Source: Patescibacteria group bacterium (lineage in GTDB: Bacteria; Patescibacteriota; Dojkabacteria; J137). From it: a stretch of 64,000 nucleotides of DNA. The position numbers and the translations under genes are program-made. Below are positions 59,650 through 64,000 of the stretch, piece by piece (within the stretch, counting starts at the first letter, position 1; the number at the start of each line of letters is the position of its first letter). The stretch is from assembly GCA_016861265.1 (NCBI GenBank), contig BOLA01000001.1, forward strand, positions 1,023,745 through 1,087,744, read 5' to 3'. A model generated the notes under the pieces. That model had not been told where the DNA came from, searched no databases, and worked only from the letters and a program-made list of their open reading frames with translations.

Positions 59650-60049
59650 TTAATGCTTCTTGTGTATCTAAAATAATATTTACCATCTTATCGGCTATCT
59701 TATTTTGTGCCCTTGGAACATGGGTAAATGTTATTTGCTTAAATTCTTTTTTCAATTCAACAATTTTATTGAATAAAGGCTTTATGTCTGGACTAGATAT
59801 TTTATATTGTCCTGTAACCTGTTTTACAACTAACTCACTATCAAGATAACATTCAAGCTCTTGGGTATGTTTTTTTGCGAGTTTTAGACCATCTATTAAA
59901 GCGTTATATTCTGCATAATTATTTGTAGCAGTACCTATGAATTTTGCACCAATATCAACTAATTCACTTTCACTGTACAAAACAAAAGCTATTGCACTGT
60001 TGCCGGGATTTCCTCTTGAACCCCCATCTGTAAATAATTTAAATGACAT
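59642..60049 (-). CDS. rnhA: Ribonuclease HI
   Basis: FTDGGSRGNPG, TNNYAEY, DSELVV, HVPRAQN..AD. Confidence 0.93.
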   Translation of the reverse strand: MSFKLFTDGGSRGNPGNSAIAFVLYSESELVDIGAKFIGTATNNYAEYNALIDGLKLAKKHTQELECYLDSELVVKQVTGQYKISSPDIKPLFNKIVELKKEFKQITFTHVPRAQNKIADKMVNIILDTQEALNA

Positions 60050-60051
60050 AT

Positions 60052-60672
60052 CTATAATTGATTTATAAAATAAGTTACGTTTCTTATCCATTGTGATTTA
60101 TCGTCACTTGGTCCCGCATATTTATTGATTATACAGGTTAAGTCGTTATTGCATGGAACAATAAATCTCTGAGTAATTACACAAGATAAGAATGTGAGTG
60201 AATCGTTCCAATCTGCATACTGTTTACCATCAAGGTAACCATATGGATTGTACAGTTTGTAAGGCACTCTTCCTAGTCCTGATTCATTACCGGCAATACC
60301 TATTAGTACTCTATAATCTGCATCTCCATTACTGCAATCTTCAACTCTTCTAAGTATTAGTTCAGCATATCCTTGCATAGGTGAATTATATCTAGCGAAT
60401 AAATCTTCAATTCGATTAATTTTGTCTTGTCTTTCTTTTTCCGCAATCTTTTGCTTTTGTTCAATCTTTAGTCTTCCTATACTGTCAACAACTGGATCTG
60501 CAGCAATAAACTCTTCTGTCGGTTTATAAGACAATGAACTTATATAAGAAACATTTGGGTTATATGTTATTCTTTGGGGTTCGCTATATCTATAGAATAG
60601 ATCTGTGATTACTAACAGCGAAACTAAGCAAATAGAAATGTAAAACCATTTTTTGATAAATTTTGTCTTCAC
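60052..60672 (-). CDS. Membrane-anchored lysozyme-fold (glucosaminidase-like) protein
   Basis: N-terminal TM helix; NSPM, IAGNESGLG, NPYGY, KYA...W. Confidence 0.65.
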   Translation of the reverse strand: MKTKFIKKWFYISICLVSLLVITDLFYRYSEPQRITYNPNVSYISSLSYKPTEEFIAADPVVDSIGRLKIEQKQKIAEKERQDKINRIEDLFARYNSPMQGYAELILRRVEDCSNGDADYRVLIGIAGNESGLGRVPYKLYNPYGYLDGKQYADWNDSLTFLSCVITQRFIVPCNNDLTCIINKYAGPSDDKSQWIRNVTYFINQL

Positions 60673-60692
60673 CTGTATTGTATTACTAACTT

Positions 60693-61898
60693 TTAATCTC
60701 TTTTCTTAGACAGTAAAGTCAGTATATCAGATTCTTGATTTTGCATAAAATCTGCAAGAAGACTGGAATCAAGTGATACAAAGTTAAATCTTTTTGGTTT
60801 TATTTTTAATATATTCATTGCATAGCTAACTTGGGAGCCAAATGCAATCTTATAGCAATCTTTTGAAGTCGACAAAGCAATATATTCTCCAATAGCTTCT
60901 GTTCCTTTATTGAACTGCTCATTTGTAAATAGACCCATTGTTCCTTGCCATATTACTAAATTCGAAGCCTCTATTATTTCCCTATAACTTACTAGAGTCT
61001 TAGGACCAATATCTAGACTTATTAGGTCTTTATTTATTTGCTGTGTAGGAACTTCAATTACTTTCTTGCTTTCGTCTTTTGAATTTGCACACAAATGATC
61101 TACTGGCATTATTATTTCGCATCCTGATTTTTTTGCAGATTTAATTATCTTATTAACCTTTGTTAATACTTTTGATTCAGGGCTAAAAGTTCCCGTTTTA
61201 ACTCCATTAGCATTCAAGAAATATAGTGATGGTTGTCCGCCAAGTAATATTTTATTTTTACCCGCAGAGGCGATCTCTAATAGTGAGATACTCTTATTTA
61301 TATTTTCATCACCAATAATTAATGTATAAGGATTTCTTGCCTTTTTTAAGACTTCTTTTGCTATCTCAATTTCTTGCTCTAAGTGTAGCCCCATGTAGGT
61401 AGGTAGCTTTGTGGCAATCGCTGATACAGAAGCGACATTGTAGTCCATTCCATAGCCTTCGAATATGTATAGGTCAGCCAATCTTACCAATGTTTGCATA
61501 TACTCGGTTCTGTCAGCCTCTTTTTTACTTGTCTCGAATGGTGAAAACTTTAAATTTTCCAACATAAGAACCTCACCAAAGTCCATGAATTTTATAGAAT
61601 TTTCGCAGGCTGAAATATTTGCAAATTTAATCTGCTTTTCAAGGATTCTGCCTAATGCAAATCTAACATCCATTAGAGATAAACTATCCTCAGTTTTACC
61701 TTTAGGTTCACCAATGTGGGAAAGAAGAATTACCTTACAGTTGTTCTTAAGCAAATGCTCAATGGTAGCTACTGAAGATCTAATTTTAGAGTCGTCAATA
61801 ATAGTTCCATCTATTACAGGAACATCATAATCTACTCTAACCAAAACAGTTTTATTAACTAAGTTCGCATTTTTTAGCGATTTTGGTAAATTTTTCAT
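60693..61898 (-). CDS. pgk: Phosphoglycerate kinase homologue with degenerate catalytic motifs
   Basis: VLVRVDYDVP, LSHIGEP, LENLKF, MPVD and DIGPKT are retained; the substrate and Gly-rich motifs are altered. Confidence 0.8.
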   Translation of the reverse strand: MKNLPKSLKNANLVNKTVLVRVDYDVPVIDGTIIDDSKIRSSVATIEHLLKNNCKVILLSHIGEPKGKTEDSLSLMDVRFALGRILEKQIKFANISACENSIKFMDFGEVLMLENLKFSPFETSKKEADRTEYMQTLVRLADLYIFEGYGMDYNVASVSAIATKLPTYMGLHLEQEIEIAKEVLKKARNPYTLIIGDENINKSISLLEIASAGKNKILLGGQPSLYFLNANGVKTGTFSPESKVLTKVNKIIKSAKKSGCEIIMPVDHLCANSKDESKKVIEVPTQQINKDLISLDIGPKTLVSYREIIEASNLVIWQGTMGLFTNEQFNKGTEAIGEYIALSTSKDCYKIAFGSQVSYAMNILKIKPKRFNFVSLDSSLLADFMQNQESDILTLLSKKRD

Positions 61899-61981
61899 AC
61901 CAATGATTATAACACCAATGGGTAATTAAATCCACGTTTTTAGACCATTTATGATATGTTTTTGATATATCTTTGCTGCCT

Positions 61982-62008
61982 AAAAAGGGCATCTTAATTG
62001 ATGCCCTT
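61982..62008 (-). terminator. serS terminator
   Basis: AAGGGCATC-AATTAA-GATGCCCTTTTT on the minus strand. Confidence 0.85.
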
Positions 62009-62033
62009 ATATATACATTTGTATACAATACTT

Positions 62034-63389
62034 TTAGCCGATAACCGACTTCCCAACAAAATCTTGTAGAGCCTCTGGAACCAATAGCTTACCATCTTGA
62101 GTCTGGTAATGCTCGATAATTGCTATTAAAAGCCTGTGTGTTGCTCCAGTATCGTTTAAAGTGTAAGCATATTTTAGGTTGTTTTCTGAATCCTTATACC
62201 GAATATTTAGTCTTCTTGTTTGATAGTCGGTAGTAATACTATCCGACATTACTTCCATATATTCTCCTGCCGATGGCAACCAGACTTCTACATCGTATTT
62301 CTTAGCTGCAGCAAAGTAGCCTAAGTCGCCGGTACACATATTAATTACATGATAAGGAAGTTTTAGGGTCTGTAATAACCATTCATTTAACGATAACAAA
62401 TACTCGTGCATTTCTCTTGCCTTATCTATATTTGCCTCCGTTATCACATTCATTTCTAATTTATCGAATTGATGGGTTCTTTTTATTCCTCTTACATCCT
62501 TACCCCATGAACCTACTTCCGATCTAAAACATGGTGTTTGAGCCATTACCTTAACTGGTAAGTCTTTTTCAATTAGAACAGAATCAGCAAAGTAAGCAAA
62601 ATTACTTGGCTCAGAAGAGCCTATTAAGTATAGTTGATTATTATCTTCAAGATATTTGCTTTCAATTTTGTATATTTGATCTGCATCTCCAGGTATTTGG
62701 CTGGAACCGTATAGTGCTCTTTCCTTAACTAGAACAGGAACTATCATTGGGTCAAATCCATCTTGTATTAGTTTCCGCATTAAAAGATTAAATACTCCCA
62801 TTATTAAAAGAGCGCCCTCTTTTTTTATATAATAGAATCTGCTACCAGACACCTTTGCACCTGCCTCTAGGTCAATAATATCTAAAGCTTTACCAAGTTC
62901 CCAATGAGGTTTTACTGCAAAATCTGCCCCTCCATTAGCTGCAAATTTGGACATATGTTCACCACTTCCTTCTGCCGCACTAAGTTTCTCAATCGGCAGG
63001 TAGCCATTTACAGGTTCCCACGCCTTAAACTCAATATTATCGTCGGCTCCTTTACCTATAGGTACTTCCGTAAATGGGATATTCGGAATCCAGTCCATTA
63101 TTGTTTGCCACTGTGTAGTAATGTCGGCTAATTGTTCGTTTAGCTTGTTGCTTTCTTCTTTTAATCTTTTTCCATCCTCACGTAAACCTTCCACATCTCC
63201 CGATTTTCCTCTTTCTGCAAGTTTGTTCTTTTCTCTATTAATTTGATCTAGTTGTAATAAAACTTCCTTTCTTTGTGAATCAAGTTTTAGCCATAAATCT
63301 ACATCCACTTTTTCGGAGGAAGCTCTGCCTATGTTTACAAGTTCTTTTATTTTCTCTGCATTCTGCCTTATATAGTTAGGATCCAACAT
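62034..63389 (-). CDS. serS: Serine--tRNA ligase
   Basis: MLD...coiled arm, IPN, HWELG, SGSRFY, CFRSEVGS.GKD.RG..R.HQF.K.E, KKYDVEVW. Confidence 0.96.
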   Translation of the reverse strand: MLDPNYIRQNAEKIKELVNIGRASSEKVDVDLWLKLDSQRKEVLLQLDQINREKNKLAERGKSGDVEGLREDGKRLKEESNKLNEQLADITTQWQTIMDWIPNIPFTEVPIGKGADDNIEFKAWEPVNGYLPIEKLSAAEGSGEHMSKFAANGGADFAVKPHWELGKALDIIDLEAGAKVSGSRFYYIKKEGALLIMGVFNLLMRKLIQDGFDPMIVPVLVKERALYGSSQIPGDADQIYKIESKYLEDNNQLYLIGSSEPSNFAYFADSVLIEKDLPVKVMAQTPCFRSEVGSWGKDVRGIKRTHQFDKLEMNVITEANIDKAREMHEYLLSLNEWLLQTLKLPYHVINMCTGDLGYFAAAKKYDVEVWLPSAGEYMEVMSDSITTDYQTRRLNIRYKDSENNLKYAYTLNDTGATHRLLIAIIEHYQTQDGKLLVPEALQDFVGKSVIG

Positions 63390-63545
63390 TCTGGCTAAAA
63401 TAATATGTAATAAGCGAATTATACAATATTTTGAGTAATTTACATTCTAATCACATGTATCAAAAAATGACTTTCTAATTATAATAAAAACTAATTTTTA
63501 CAATGTGCTTACATTTGTGTATTTTCGTGGCTAAATGCCTAAAAT

Positions 63546-63574
63546 TAGACATTAATTAATTGATTAGCTATAAT
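63546..63574 (+). promoter_or_regulatory. Sigma70 promoter of the T-box leader
   Basis: TAGACA-17-TATAAT. Confidence 0.8.
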
Positions 63575-63581
63575 TACTTAT

Positions 63582-63727
63582 ATTTACGTTGATTGCTAGT
63601 GGCGCAGCAGGAGTAAATTAAACAATTTAAAGGTGCCTGAATTAAATTCAGGAATTTGGGTGGAACCGCGGTAAAAACCGTCCCTTGTATTTAAGCAATA
63701 GCTTGGAATACAGAGGACGGTTTTTTT
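63582..63727 (+). ncRNA. T-box riboswitch leader (minimal; probably glycine-specific) with terminator
   Basis: AATTTGGGTGGAACCGCG...CCGTCCC antiterminator; competing terminator 63678-63720 plus T7; Stem III 63636-63652; K-turn hairpin 63582-63618. Confidence 0.88.
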
Positions 63728-63735
63728 ATTTGTTT

Positions 63736-64000
63736 ATGGTAAGTTTCGCTAAAAGATTATCCGAATTGCAGAATGTGCAATGGGATAACGAAGATTGTGC
63801 TGAACAAATTGACAATAGCCTAAAGGATTTTTTAATTTATCCGGACTATTTTGCCGGTTTTCTGGTTGAGGCTTTTACAAAAAATAATACAGAAATAATT
63901 GAACAACTCAGAGGTATTTTGTTTTTTATTGTGCATAGATACCCAGAAATATTTATACTGATAAGAATATCTGTTGATTGTTTTGGGGAAACAGTAGATA
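63736..64000 (+). CDS. Hypothetical protein, runs off the window end
   Basis: Open frame MVSFAKRLSELQNVQWDNEDCAEQ... starting at an ATG 8 nt after the terminator U tract. Confidence 0.6.
   Translation, partial: MVSFAKRLSELQNVQWDNEDCAEQIDNSLKDFLIYPDYFAGFLVEAFTKNNTEIIEQLRGILFFIVHRYPEIFILIRISVDCFGETVD

Noticed and set aside
1152-63131. Many 60-120 aa ORFs antisense to or nested in long genes (e.g. 1152-1505, 42514-42837, 61465-61830)
   Set aside because: Shadow frames of well-supported genes, with no motifs of their own.
62034-63727. T-box as regulator of the neighbouring serS
   Set aside because: The T-box is on + and serS is on -, transcribed away from it. The UGGA bulge also does not match the G73 discriminator seen in tRNA-Ser here.
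1-64000. CRISPR array, rRNA, intact transposase/integrase, or UGA recoding (code 25)
   Set aside because: No repeat-spacer pattern or such genes were seen. TGA ends conserved genes at the expected places (uppS, ATGA overlaps), consistent with code 11.

Overview
AT-rich (roughly 30-35% GC by eye) bacterial chromosome segment using genetic code 11. Shine-Dalgarno sites are almost absent and several genes look leaderless. Gene content and divergence suggest a Patescibacteria/CPR genome, possibly Dojkabacteria-like (inference). The left ~9 kb abuts the 3' end of tRNA-Ser(GGA) and looks like an island: an Abi_C-type protein, a truncated Zn-finger ORF, and a tightly coupled operon (group II PLP decarboxylase, HIT-like/kinase-like fusion, DPPF N-methyltransferase, GT9, GT2, HD hydrolase) that runs off the window. 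The rest is mostly housekeeping (nrnA, uppS, uppP, ppa, rlmI, ychF, rarA, murF, ddl, dcd, thyX, rnhA, serS, three tRNAs). Oddities include a higher-GC ABC exporter with a long switch-like leader, a stand-alone C-terminal half of UvrB, several apparent pseudo-enzymes (PGK, Fic, GH18, SecDF), a Cys-tailed pyrophosphatase and unannotated small membrane proteins. At the right end is a complete but minimal T-box (K-turn, ultrashort Stem I with a GGC codon, no Stem II, antiterminator/terminator) in front of an unrecognised gene. No CRISPR array, rRNA or intact integrase/transposase was seen. All family calls rest on motif recognition by eye; no database searches were run.
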